A DNA stretch of 64,000 nucleotides, from the NCBI GenBank assembly GCA_038131735.1, contig JAYPPX010000001.1, positions 1,186,592-1,250,591 on the forward strand, given 5' to 3'. The notes beneath the pieces are model-generated. The model was given only the letters and a program-made list of their open reading frames with translations, had not been told where the DNA came from and searched no databases. The position numbers and the translations under genes are program-made. This DNA comes from Hyphomicrobiales bacterium. GTDB taxonomy: Bacteria; Pseudomonadota; Alphaproteobacteria; Rhizobiales; TMED25. Position 1 is the stretch's first letter. The number at the start of each line of letters is the position of its first letter. Shown in pieces: positions 8,840 to 17,887 of this stretch.

Positions 8840-9720
8840 TCTCCCCCATTCATTTTTTTATAGGCTCTGTGTGCTACAACAAAATCATGATGCCCCAAAC
8901 CCATTCCTCTGCTTGCATTCATCATATCATTGGCAGCCGATGCAAGAGGTGCTGGTGAGGCAAGCAATCTAGATTGCTCTAATACAAGTGTCATATCTTT
9001 TTGCTGCAACGCAACATCAGCTAGGGGTTTCTCAGGCATTTTACCATCCAATATAAATGGACCACGATAAGATAAAACTGGGGATGAAGCAACGGAATTA
9101 AGTATCGCATCAACAACAACCTGTCTATCAACACCACCCTTTTCAGCCATTGCAACAGCTTCACCAAATGCAATCACTTCCACCATTAATAGCAAATTTA
9201 TTGAGAGTTTTGTTTGTACAGCAAGACCATTTGACCCAATGTATGAAACTTTTGGCCCTATTGCGAGAAGGGTATCATATACTTTTTCATAAGACTCTTT
9301 ATTACCAGCTACCATAATCGATGCAGATCCTTGAACAACTGTCACTGGACTCCCGGAGAGTGGTGCATCCATCATTTGAAGCCCCCTCTTGTCAAACTCC
9401 TGAGCAACAAAGCGACTAACTTCTGGTGATATGGTACTCATATCGAGATACACTGCTTCCTTGTTAAGTGCAGTAATTATTCCATTTTCACCTAAAGAAA
9501 CATCTTTAACTGCATTTCCATCGGTAACAATAGATAAGACAATATCTGCATCTTTTGCTGCTTCGGCAGGTGAACTTGCTAATTTCATTCCTGCTTTTTC
9601 TAAGTTTTCCGATTTTCCTGGTGATCTGTTCCATCCAGCTACTGTGTGTCCAGCTTCAAGTAATCTTGGAACAATAACTTGTCCCATATCACCCAAGCCA
9701 ATAAAACCAATTTTAGACAA
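8836..9720 (-). CDS. NAD(P)-dependent oxidoreductase, 3-hydroxyisobutyrate dehydrogenase/2-hydroxy-3-oxopropionate reductase family
   Basis: 294 aa. N-terminal Rossmann IGFIGLGDMGQVIV. Length and C-terminal helical domain are typical of HIBADH-type enzymes. Confidence 0.8.
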   Translation of the reverse strand: MSKIGFIGLGDMGQVIVPRLLEAGHTVAGWNRSPGKSENLEKAGMKLASSPAEAAKDADIVLSIVTDGNAVKDVSLGENGIITALNKEAVYLDMSTISPEVSRFVAQEFDKRGLQMMDAPLSGSPVTVVQGSASIMVAGNKESYEKVYDTLLAIGPKVSYIGSNGLAVQTKLSINLLLMVEVIAFGEAVAMAEKGGVDRQVVVDAILNSVASSPVLSYRGPFILDGKMPEKPLADVALQQKDMTLVLEQSRLLASPAPLASAANDMMNASRGMGLGHHDFVVAHRAYKKMNGGE

Positions 9721-10012
9721 CTACATCTCCTATAAATATCCAAAAAGCAGTTTTATAATAGTCTATTAGATTAGTACGAGCAAGTTGATAAGTAGCGTAA
9801 ATTTGTAACCAATAGAAAAATATCTATATCTATTTATTCGATTAAATGATATTAATGGATATGTTTTGAGCTCTATTTCATATTGTGAAAGTTCAAAGTA
9901 TTAATATGCAGCTAATAGCCATGTTACTACGGCAATTTAACATCTGATTAAGAGAAAAACTTCGGGCTTGTGCCCATAAAATGTTAATTGCTATCAAAGG
10001 AGTACTCGTAAT

Positions 10013-10219
10013 ATGGCAAACGGAAAAGTTAAGTGGTTCAATCTTAAAAAAGGATATGGTTTTATTCAACCTGACGAGGGGGATAAAGACATATTCGTTC
10101 ACATTTCTGCTCTACAAAATTCTGGAATAAGAAATCTATTTGAAGATCAAGAAGTTTCATACGATGTGGCAGAAGAAAAAGGAAAAATTTCTGCTGTAAA
10201 TATCAAACTTAGCGAATAA
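10013..10219 (+). CDS. cspA: Cold-shock protein (CspA family)
   Basis: 68 aa. MANGKVKWFNLKKGYGFIQPDEGDKDIFVHISAL contains RNP1 (KGYGFI) and RNP2 (VFVH-like) motifs. It is preceded by a ~290-nt spacer. Confidence 0.95.
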   Translation: MANGKVKWFNLKKGYGFIQPDEGDKDIFVHISALQNSGIRNLFEDQEVSYDVAEEKGKISAVNIKLSE

Positions 10220-10226
10220 AAATTAA

Positions 10227-11051
10227 TTAAAAAAGGATCCCAAACTCATCTCTAGATAAGAAATTTACCAAATCTGGATCAGTCTCTCTCATCTTGTTTG
10301 GTGTGTTTGGTTTCCACTCATTTTTAATATCCTTTTCTCTACCTATTTGTTCACCTCTTAGTGAACTTATTACCCAAAAAGTAAATTCTGTAACTTGACA
10401 AGCATAGTCACAACTTCTGTCATAATACGTATAATATGCATTTACAGGATATTTTCTTGGAACCTTAATATATTTTCCACCCCTCGCAATATCCATAAAT
10501 TTTGCAATTTTTGATCCCTCACTTTGTCCAAAATCTTCAGGATAAACCTTTGAGTAGCCTGCATGGGTAATTAGGTGTAATGCTTCCTCTTTGGTGGGAT
10601 CCCAACCTTTGTTTGATAAATTCATTTCATCTTTAAAAACAGCTAGAAAAATACCATGTTTATTTTCAATAATATTATCACATTCCCTGTCTGAAAGTTC
10701 TTCGCATTCACTTTCAATTATTTCCTCAACACCTATATAAAATATCTCTTCAAAATTCCTAATTTCTCTCTCAGTATTAAATATAACAAAAACACTTCCT
10801 GTTCTCATAATATTCTCAATCACAAGTTGATTATCAGGGAACTCATCATCATCATAATCCAATAGATTATCCATTACCTTCTTGGCATGTAATAAATATT
10901 TATTATCGACACCTGGCATTGAACAAATTTGTATACCAAAACTATCTTTTATATTAATACCCTCATGAATTGGGCAGTCTGCTTTCGAATTGCTCATTTG
11001 GGAGAAATATGTAAATAAAATGATAAAAAAAATAACTAAATTATTTCTCAT
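10227..11051 (-). CDS. Hypothetical exported protein (274 aa)
   Basis: N-terminal signal-like segment MRNNLVIFFIILFTYFSQMSNSKA followed by a Cys-containing acidic protein. I recognise no family. Overlaps the upstream gene by 11 nt. Confidence 0.6.
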   Translation of the reverse strand: MRNNLVIFFIILFTYFSQMSNSKADCPIHEGINIKDSFGIQICSMPGVDNKYLLHAKKVMDNLLDYDDDEFPDNQLVIENIMRTGSVFVIFNTEREIRNFEEIFYIGVEEIIESECEELSDRECDNIIENKHGIFLAVFKDEMNLSNKGWDPTKEEALHLITHAGYSKVYPEDFGQSEGSKIAKFMDIARGGKYIKVPRKYPVNAYYTYYDRSCDYACQVTEFTFWVISSLRGEQIGREKDIKNEWKPNTPNKMRETDPDLVNFLSRDEFGILF

Positions 11052-11316
11052 TATTTATTAGCCTTTTTTTCATTTCAATTCCTCCATCAAGACTATACCC
11101 CCCTAATCTGCCATCACTTCTTATTACTCTGTGGCAGGGTATATTTTTTGGATCATTATTTTTACCACATGCATTTGCAACTGCTCTATATGCGTTTGGT
11201 CTTCCAATTCTTTTTGCGAGCTCTTTATATGTAATTACTTGACCCTTAGGTATTTTTTTTATTTCTTCAAATACTTGCAACTGGAAAGAGGTAAATTTCT
11301 TCTTGTTTTGTAACAT
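11041..11316 (-). CDS. Stand-alone MGMT/Ogt-type DNA-binding alkyltransferase domain (91 aa) with the active-site Cys retained
   Basis: QVITYKELAKRIGRPNAYRAVANACGKN...IPCHRVI carries the PCHR(V/I) acceptor-cysteine motif of O6-alkylguanine-DNA alkyltransferases. It lacks the N-terminal domain. Confidence 0.8.
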   Translation of the reverse strand: MLQNKKKFTSFQLQVFEEIKKIPKGQVITYKELAKRIGRPNAYRAVANACGKNNDPKNIPCHRVIRSDGRLGGYSLDGGIEMKKRLINNEK

Positions 11317-11733
11317 TTATTTATTTTGTAGATTTTCTAATAACTGGCCCCATAATGTCTCAAAATTATCTATTGGGAGAATATTACAATAATAGATATT
11401 ATCCCCATTAATGGACATCTCAGGTCTATCAATATTGAAGAAATATGAGGCTCCATACTTGCCTTCTATCATATAATTTCCGTATCCTATACCTATCAAT
11501 TTATACTTAATCTTATGACTTTTAATACCAATTGCCTCTCGTTCTACAAAAAAATGCCTATACGTTTCACCAACACCATTAAACGTAAAGCCAATAGTTC
11601 TCAAATATTCTTCTGTGTTGTCTTCTTGGAAATTAATATTTTTACATATAAGGCTTTTATTAAGTGGGTATGCAGATAATTTCTCTGTATTTAATGTAAG
11701 ACAAATCATTAATAAAAGAGGAATAAGTCTCAT
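11317..11733 (-). CDS. Hypothetical exported protein (138 aa)
   Basis: Signal-like N-terminus MRLIPLLLMICLTLNTEKLSA. No family recognised. Its stop abuts the start of the alkyltransferase gene. Confidence 0.55.
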   Translation of the reverse strand: MRLIPLLLMICLTLNTEKLSAYPLNKSLICKNINFQEDNTEEYLRTIGFTFNGVGETYRHFFVEREAIGIKSHKIKYKLIGIGYGNYMIEGKYGASYFFNIDRPEMSINGDNIYYCNILPIDNFETLWGQLLENLQNK

Positions 11734-11754
11734 TTATAACCACCAAGGTAAATA

Positions 11755-12405
11755 TTAATTGCTGATGGATGTTTTAGTATTTTTTGCCCAATAATTATCA
11801 GATGACTGATGTTCTACCCACGACTCCGGCGTTTCTGCGCCTGGCATCATTGAAGCATCGGTTCCTGCTAGTACCTTATGATGATCTATATTGAGGGTCT
11901 TTAACCAGCGTTGCTGACCCATCGTAATAGCAACAAAATAACCAATTTCAACTATCTCTGCCTCACTGAAATATTTATATAATTGGTCCCAAAGATTATC
12001 GTCGCTCTTAAGATCCCAAACAATAGCTTCAGTATATCTTAAGGCTGCTTTTTGCTTCGCATTATACCTAGAAGATTTTTCAAAATTTAACAAATCAAAA
12101 TAATCCTCTTCAACTAACCCTTTATTTCGTGACTGAATTGACCTTTGATTACCACAATATTCGCACTTAACGGAATGCGACACAAATACTCTACATAGTT
12201 CTTTTATTGTATGATCTGCTACGCCTTCATGAAAAACAGTCTGCCAAGTATTTGCAAATGACCAAAACGTGGCTGGTACATGTGCCCTTATAGCTTGACT
12301 CTCAGGTCTTGGGGTACCTCTTGTTCGGCACCTCTCAAATTCATCTTTCATTTTGATATCGTCAATTTCATTTGGATTTACATAACTGATCCTTTGCTTT
12401 GTCAT
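11755..12405 (-). CDS. Carboxymuconolactone decarboxylase (AhpD-like) family protein
   Basis: 216 aa. CEYCGNQ CxxC motif in a helical context (ELCRVFVSHSVKCEYCG), typical of AhpD/CMD-fold proteins. Confidence 0.65.
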   Translation of the reverse strand: MTKQRISYVNPNEIDDIKMKDEFERCRTRGTPRPESQAIRAHVPATFWSFANTWQTVFHEGVADHTIKELCRVFVSHSVKCEYCGNQRSIQSRNKGLVEEDYFDLLNFEKSSRYNAKQKAALRYTEAIVWDLKSDDNLWDQLYKYFSEAEIVEIGYFVAITMGQQRWLKTLNIDHHKVLAGTDASMMPGAETPESWVEHQSSDNYWAKNTKTSISN

Positions 12406-12424
12406 TTGACACTCCTATTATTTG

Positions 12425-12850
12425 TTACTCAGTATCTGTGTTATCGATTTTAACTCTTCTTCCTAAGAATAGACCAAAAATCATTATGATTAAAAAGATT
12501 AGTGCGTCTTGTGGATGTAATAAAACATTACTAATAACCGGACCTGGACACAAACCTGCCAAGCCCCAACCAATACCAAAAACTGCACTACCAATTAGAA
12601 GGTTTTTATCAATATTTTTGGTTGTTGGTATAGCAAACTTCTCAGCAAACAATGGCTTATCCCGCTTTAAAACGAAGTAATAACCGATAGCATTTACTAT
12701 AATACCCCCGCCCATAACAAACGCAAGTGACGGATCCCAAACACCAAAGATATTTAAAAATCCTTGAACTTTTGAAGGATTTAACATCCCTGCTAATGCT
12801 AATCCAAATCCAAATATTAGCCCTGATATAGAAGCAAATATAAATCTCAT
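12425..12850 (-). CDS. YeeE/YedE-type sulfur-transport membrane protein (half-size, DUF6691-like)
   Basis: 141 aa, about 4 TM. MRFIFASISGLIFGFGLALAGMLNPSKVQGFL and a second GWGLAGLCPGP motif are typical of this family. Confidence 0.75.
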   Translation of the reverse strand: MRFIFASISGLIFGFGLALAGMLNPSKVQGFLNIFGVWDPSLAFVMGGGIIVNAIGYYFVLKRDKPLFAEKFAIPTTKNIDKNLLIGSAVFGIGWGLAGLCPGPVISNVLLHPQDALIFLIIMIFGLFLGRRVKIDNTDTE

Positions 12851-12851
12851 G

Positions 12852-13295
12852 TTATATTCCTCCTAGTAATTTGATTATGTATACAGCAACTACCCCTGCT
12901 ATTACAAAAGTTATTACAGATATGAGTGATCTTTTAGATAGAAGCGATAGACCACATATACCATGTCCAGATGTACAACCAGATCCCATAGCTGAGCCAA
13001 AACCAACCAAAAATGCTGCGATATAAAAAATTATTCCAGTTGCTACAGGTTTGTATGCTATTTCATAGTTAAATGCAGTTATTAATATAGTAGGACCAAT
13101 CATACATCCTATAATAAAAAAGACTCTCCAAAGCCAATCACTCCTAAAATCTTTTGTTATCAATCCTCCCAGAATACCACTTGCACCCATAATTCTTCCT
13201 TTTGTCAGCATTAGTATGAAAGCGGCAAACCCAATGAGTGCTCCTCCTATAAATGATTGAACAGGAGTAAAATTAATCAAATCAATTATCATCAT
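12852..13295 (-). CDS. YeeE/YedE-type sulfur-transport membrane protein (half-size)
   Basis: ORF track 12852..13343. I prefer ATG 13295 (MMIIDLINFTPVQSFIGGALIGFAA...). GRIMGASGILGG and GSGCTSGHGICG motifs are present. Confidence 0.75.
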   Translation of the reverse strand: MMIIDLINFTPVQSFIGGALIGFAAFILMLTKGRIMGASGILGGLITKDFRSDWLWRVFFIIGCMIGPTILITAFNYEIAYKPVATGIIFYIAAFLVGFGSAMGSGCTSGHGICGLSLLSKRSLISVITFVIAGVVAVYIIKLLGGI

Positions 13296-14166
13296 TTTCC
13301 TTTCGTAGACCCTTAACAGGAACTTTAAAATAAATATCTCCATTATCTTCTGCAGGTGGCATATTCCCAGCTCTCATATTAACCTGAATAGATGGTATTA
13401 TTAACTTTGGCATACCAAGTGTTTTATCACGTGTGGTTCTAACATCAACAAACTGATCTTCTGTAACTCCACCACCTATATGGATATTATTTTTCTTTTG
13501 CTCTCCTACAGTTGTTTCCCAGGCAAACGGCCGACCATTTGGGCCGTAATCATGACAAACAAACATTCTTGTTTCATCTGGCAACGTTAAAATCTTTTGA
13601 ATTGATTGATAAAGTGTTCTTGCATCCCCTCCAGGAAAATCTGCTCTTGCTGTTCCACCATCTGGCATAAATAAGGTATCCCCTACGAAGACAGCGTCAC
13701 CAATGATATGAGCCATACATGCAGGAGTATGACCAGGGGTAAGAATTGCTTTACCATTCAATTCACCAATCTCATAAGTATCACCATCCTTTAATAGCAA
13801 ATCAAACTGACTGCCATCTCTTTGAAATTCAGTTCCAGCATTGAAGACCTTGCCAAATATATCTTGTACTTTTTGAATTTCTGCTGATATTGCAATTTTA
13901 CCACCTACATGTTCCTGTATATAAGGAGCGGCTGATAAATGATCAGCATGAACGTGTGTTTCTAATAACCATGCTACATTGAGGTTATTCGATTTTATAT
14001 AATTTATCACCTCATCCGCTTGCTCATAGGATACAACTCCCGAAGAGTAGTCAAAATCTAAAACAGAGTCTATGACTGCGCAAGAGGAAGTCCCTTCATC
14101 AATAACTACATAACTAATTGTGTTTGTTGCATCATCAAAAAAAGATTTAACATTAGGTATATTCAT
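13282..14166 (-). CDS. MBL-fold metallo-hydrolase, persulfide (sulfur) dioxygenase-like
   Basis: 294 aa. THVHADH metal motif, TPGHTP, and a later CHDY. Genetic linkage to the two YeeE/YedE genes immediately downstream. Confidence 0.7.
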   Translation of the reverse strand: MNIPNVKSFFDDATNTISYVVIDEGTSSCAVIDSVLDFDYSSGVVSYEQADEVINYIKSNNLNVAWLLETHVHADHLSAAPYIQEHVGGKIAISAEIQKVQDIFGKVFNAGTEFQRDGSQFDLLLKDGDTYEIGELNGKAILTPGHTPACMAHIIGDAVFVGDTLFMPDGGTARADFPGGDARTLYQSIQKILTLPDETRMFVCHDYGPNGRPFAWETTVGEQKKNNIHIGGGVTEDQFVDVRTTRDKTLGMPKLIIPSIQVNMRAGNMPPAEDNGDIYFKVPVKGLRKENDDN

Positions 14167-14221
14167 TTCAACCTCATTAAGTTACATTTTAGAAATATTA
14201 TACTACATTTATGTATTTACT

Positions 14222-15214
14222 CTAATTTTTCATCACCTCGAGCACACATTTCCTAAATTCTGCTGTTCCTTTTGAAAATCCAAGTGTTTCGCACAATTTC
14301 ATACTACTAATTGTTGAATTTGTTTTTGGTTTATCATTATCAGAAACTATATATACATTATACTCCCAAAAACCTGTATCGACTCTACCATCTGAATATA
14401 CATATTTACCGCGTCCATGGAATTGTCCATTTAACATTTCACCCTCATAAGTATCCCCATCAGCAAAATAATAAATACCTATACCATTTGCAGTGTCATT
14501 TGCATGATCGCCGACATATTTATCTCCGTTTGAGTAATAATATTCACCGTAGCCAGATCTGACATCATTTAAAAATTGTCCAATATATCTATCACCATTT
14601 ACCCATATATATGATCCATAACCATTCTTATATTCATCAACAAATTCACCGATATACTTATCGCCTGAAATGTAGTCCATGATGCCTTGACCGTTTGGTA
14701 AATCATTTAAATATTCCCCCATAAAAATATCTCCATTCAAGTAATAGTATGTGCCTTCACCACTTCTTTGATCATACTCAAATTCACCAAGGTATAGATC
14801 TCCATTATTAAATTCATAAATTCCACTACCAGACTTAATGTCACTTAAAAATTCTCCCGTATAGACATCACCACTAATAAAAGTATAGACACCATATCCG
14901 TGAGCCATATCATTTAAATGATCACCAACATATATATCTCCATTGGAATAAAAATATTGACCATGCCCAGTTCTTATACCTTCAAAAAACTCTCCAATAT
15001 ACTGATCGCCATTGGCAAAGCTATAAAGACCATTTCCATGTTTTTTATCATTCTGAAAATCACCGATATATTGATCTCCATTGTCATAATCTCTCATTCC
15101 ATAACAGTTATCAAAATAATTAGATGAATAACTACAGCCAGGAAGAGCAATTACATTTTGCGGATAAATTAATAAAAACAGTGTTAGAATTGAGAATAAA
15201 TATTTAATTTTCAT
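14222..15214 (-). CDS. Exported MORN-repeat protein (about 10 repeats)
   Basis: ORF track 14222..15226 starts at TTG. I prefer ATG 15214, preceded by GGGGGA. Signal-like MKIKYLFSILTLFLLIYPQNVIA, then about ten 23-aa GDxY(I/V)G(E/D)fxxdxxxGxG units and a short C-terminal CxxxGFxxGTxxFxxC motif. Confidence 0.8.
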   Translation of the reverse strand: MKIKYLFSILTLFLLIYPQNVIALPGCSYSSNYFDNCYGMRDYDNGDQYIGDFQNDKKHGNGLYSFANGDQYIGEFFEGIRTGHGQYFYSNGDIYVGDHLNDMAHGYGVYTFISGDVYTGEFLSDIKSGSGIYEFNNGDLYLGEFEYDQRSGEGTYYYLNGDIFMGEYLNDLPNGQGIMDYISGDKYIGEFVDEYKNGYGSYIWVNGDRYIGQFLNDVRSGYGEYYYSNGDKYVGDHANDTANGIGIYYFADGDTYEGEMLNGQFHGRGKYVYSDGRVDTGFWEYNVYIVSDNDKPKTNSTISSMKLCETLGFSKGTAEFRKCVLEVMKN

Positions 15215-15320
15215 TTTGTCCCCCAAAGATCAATCTTTTTCACCTGAATAACTTCATTTTCACATTCAGTATGATAGAATTTCAATAATTATAGAGTCAA
15301 ATAATATAAGTGACAATCAA

Positions 15321-16013
15321 ATGAGTTATAAATTTCTTATTACTGGTGCAAACAAAGGTATAGGTTACGCTCTCACATGGGAGGTATTGAATAAAGGTTG
15401 CGAAGCAATAGCTCTCTGTAGGGAGACAAGCGATGTAATCCATTTAGAGAAATTAAAAAATGTATACAAAGATAAACTAGAAATTTTCAAGGCAGATGTA
15501 ACAGATGAAGATAAATTAAAGGATATCTCTATTAATATAAATCAAATTGATGTGATTATTTGTAACGCAGGTATTATGGGAGCAAAAGGTGGAATGTTTG
15601 ACCAACAAAACACTCCTAGTACAATTCTCAATATTTTGATGACGAACGTAGCAGGTCCATTCTTTACAATTCGAGCTTTTCTAGAAAAGTTAAAAACAAG
15701 TGAAAATCCAAAAATAGCTATCATTTCATCCCACATGGGTTCACAGCAACACGGCAGCAGTGATGCCTATTTTTATAGAGCTTCCAAAGCTGCTGTAAAT
15801 AATTTGATGGTAACATTCTCCAGAGAGTTACAGAATTATGAGATACCCGTTGTTTCATTCCATCCAGGATGGGTAAGAACTGATATGGGTGGAAGCTACG
15901 CATCTTTATCACCAGAAGAGAGTGCGAAAGCCCTCATAAAGCTGATTTTGAATCTAAATATGAAAGATTCAGGAAATTTCTTTAACTATGATGGCAGTAA
16001 CCTACATTTATAG
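15321..16013 (+). CDS. Short-chain dehydrogenase/reductase (C-factor/CsgA-like SDR)
   Basis: 230 aa. ITGANKGIGYAL cofactor motif and YRASKAA catalytic YxxxK. Confidence 0.85.
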   Translation: MSYKFLITGANKGIGYALTWEVLNKGCEAIALCRETSDVIHLEKLKNVYKDKLEIFKADVTDEDKLKDISININQIDVIICNAGIMGAKGGMFDQQNTPSTILNILMTNVAGPFFTIRAFLEKLKTSENPKIAIISSHMGSQQHGSSDAYFYRASKAAVNNLMVTFSRELQNYEIPVVSFHPGWVRTDMGGSYASLSPEESAKALIKLILNLNMKDSGNFFNYDGSNLHL

Positions 16014-16026
16014 TTAGTAGTTAAAT

Positions 16027-16046
16027 AAGTTCAATTCGAACTTTTT
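16027..16046. terminator. Short hairpin between convergent genes (possible bidirectional terminator)
   Basis: aagttc-aattc-gaactt (6-bp stem) followed by ttt. It lies in the 47-nt gap between the SDR (+) and dctM (-) stops. Weak stem. Confidence 0.3.
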
Positions 16047-16060
16047 CCTACCCTGTTATT

Positions 16061-17386
16061 TTACAGATACGTGATAAGGACTAGGGATGGGAAAAATAAT
16101 ATTAACATTATTCTAATAAGCTCAATAAAAAAGAAGGGCAAAACACCGCAGTAAATACTCCTTTGGTTTGTAATATTTTTACTAATTGAAAGATCTATTT
16201 TTGCAATCGTATTAATATTTAGACCCACAGGGGGTGTAATCAACCCAAGCTCAACAACAATTAACATTAGAATACCAAACCAGATCTTTATAGATTCTTG
16301 ATCCATATTTAAATCAAGATTCAATATTGGAGGTAAGATAAATGGGACAAATATTAGGATTATGGACATACTATCCAGTATGAATCCCAAAATAATAAAA
16401 ATTAGAAGAATTAAAAAAATAAGTAAAAGAGGATCTAAAGCACTACTCGTGATAATAATTGACAGGAATTGAGGCAAATCAACTCTTGCATAGAATATTT
16501 TTAAAACTTCTGCTCCAAATATAATCAAATAAATCATCCCAGATAATTTTGCGGTGTTCAGCAATATTCTCTCTATATTTTTATTATTTAATTTCTTTGT
16601 AAAAAATCCATAAATTATAACTAATAGTGCAGATAGTGATGCGGCTGGAACAATCGTAAATATGCCAAATACTAAACCTGAAATAATGATCGTTATTAAT
16701 GTTAATATTGGTAAGAGTAATTTAAGAGCATCAAAATTTGATATATTTTCTTCTTCAATCAATCTTGGTTGAATGGGGTTTTTTATAGCAAAAATAACTA
16801 TTACACCTATGAAAAAAATTATTGCTAATAAAAATGGAATTATTGCCGCCTTGAACATTGCAATAATATTAACTTCAGCAATAATTGAATATACAATTAA
16901 TACTATTGAAGGAGGAATTAATATACCAAGGGTCCCTCCAGCAGCAATTGTCCCAGAATAAAGGGATGGGGGGTAATTGAATTTACGAAATTCTCTTATA
17001 GAAATTTCAGACAGCGTCGATGTGGTAGCAACTGATGAACCACTGATTGAACCAAAACCTGCAGCTGTAAATATGGTTGCAATTGCTAACCCACCTGGAA
17101 TAGTTCTAAATATCTTGTTAAAAGCCTTGAATAACTTTTCCCCATATCCAATATTTTGAACAATTATTCCTACCAAAATGAACATCGGAATTACAGATAA
17201 ATCATAATTTGAAAACTGGGCAATAGCCAGATCTCTGAGTTGGAAATGTAAAATATCCATCCCATCCACAAGTCCAACTCCAGCAATTCCAAGCAAAATC
17301 ATCACATAAGCAATTGGTATTCTTAAAATTACCAATGCTACCAAAAAGATAATACTTAGAAATATTTGTAGAAAATTCCATTCCAT
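16061..17386 (-). CDS. dctM: TRAP transporter large permease subunit
   Basis: 441 aa, polytopic. Immediately follows the small-permease and SBP genes, in the classic DctPQM order. Confidence 0.85.
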   Translation of the reverse strand: MEWNFLQIFLSIIFLVALVILRIPIAYVMILLGIAGVGLVDGMDILHFQLRDLAIAQFSNYDLSVIPMFILVGIIVQNIGYGEKLFKAFNKIFRTIPGGLAIATIFTAAGFGSISGSSVATTSTLSEISIREFRKFNYPPSLYSGTIAAGGTLGILIPPSIVLIVYSIIAEVNIIAMFKAAIIPFLLAIIFFIGVIVIFAIKNPIQPRLIEEENISNFDALKLLLPILTLITIIISGLVFGIFTIVPAASLSALLVIIYGFFTKKLNNKNIERILLNTAKLSGMIYLIIFGAEVLKIFYARVDLPQFLSIIITSSALDPLLLIFLILLIFIILGFILDSMSIILIFVPFILPPILNLDLNMDQESIKIWFGILMLIVVELGLITPPVGLNINTIAKIDLSISKNITNQRSIYCGVLPFFFIELIRIMLILFFPSLVLITYL

Positions 17387-17387
17387 C

Positions 17388-17867
17388 TTATGAAATCTCT
17401 TCCTTAATATTAATAATTGCTGCCAATATCAGTAAAAACAGTGAAATTAACATAGGTGGATAACTTAACCAGATTGGGATACTCATAATAACTGTCTCAT
17501 ACCCAAAAGAATAATAATCTATCATTCCATAGATCATTTGATGAAGGATATAAGTACTAATGAGAATAACAATCGTACTTTTTATTATATTTAATAGCAA
17601 TATGACCCTCTTTTCAAACCTCTCCATAAAATAATCAAAGGTTATATGTGCTGATCTCAATTCACAATAAGGTAAAAAATTAAATACAATCACCGGCATA
17701 AGAAATTGAATAAACTCATATGGTATATAGGGTGCACTTTGGGCAATATTATCAAAGGCGACCCCAAACACGTTGATAAGTAATAAAAAAAGCAATAAGC
17801 CACCGCCAATTAGTGCCCAGTAAGTGATGATATTTTTTAAATAAATTATATTATTGGTGAATTTCAT
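17388..17867 (-). CDS. dctQ: TRAP transporter small permease subunit
   Basis: 159 aa, 4 TM. Position between the DctP-like and DctM-like genes, with 1-nt spacing to dctM. Confidence 0.75.
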   Translation of the reverse strand: MKFTNNIIYLKNIITYWALIGGGLLLFLLLINVFGVAFDNIAQSAPYIPYEFIQFLMPVIVFNFLPYCELRSAHITFDYFMERFEKRVILLLNIIKSTIVILISTYILHQMIYGMIDYYSFGYETVIMSIPIWLSYPPMLISLFLLILAAIINIKEEIS

Positions 17868-17887
17868 AGATTAAAAAATCCTGGGAA

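Noticed and set aside
9893-10102. 69-aa minus-strand ORF overlapping the cspA start.
   Set aside because: It overlaps an unmistakable cold-shock gene on the other strand and the rest lies in its leader. No coding features.
12399-12680. 93-aa plus-strand ORF.
   Set aside because: It is antisense to the YeeE/YedE-type gene and the end of the AhpD-like gene. It is an artefact of the hydrophobic reverse frame.
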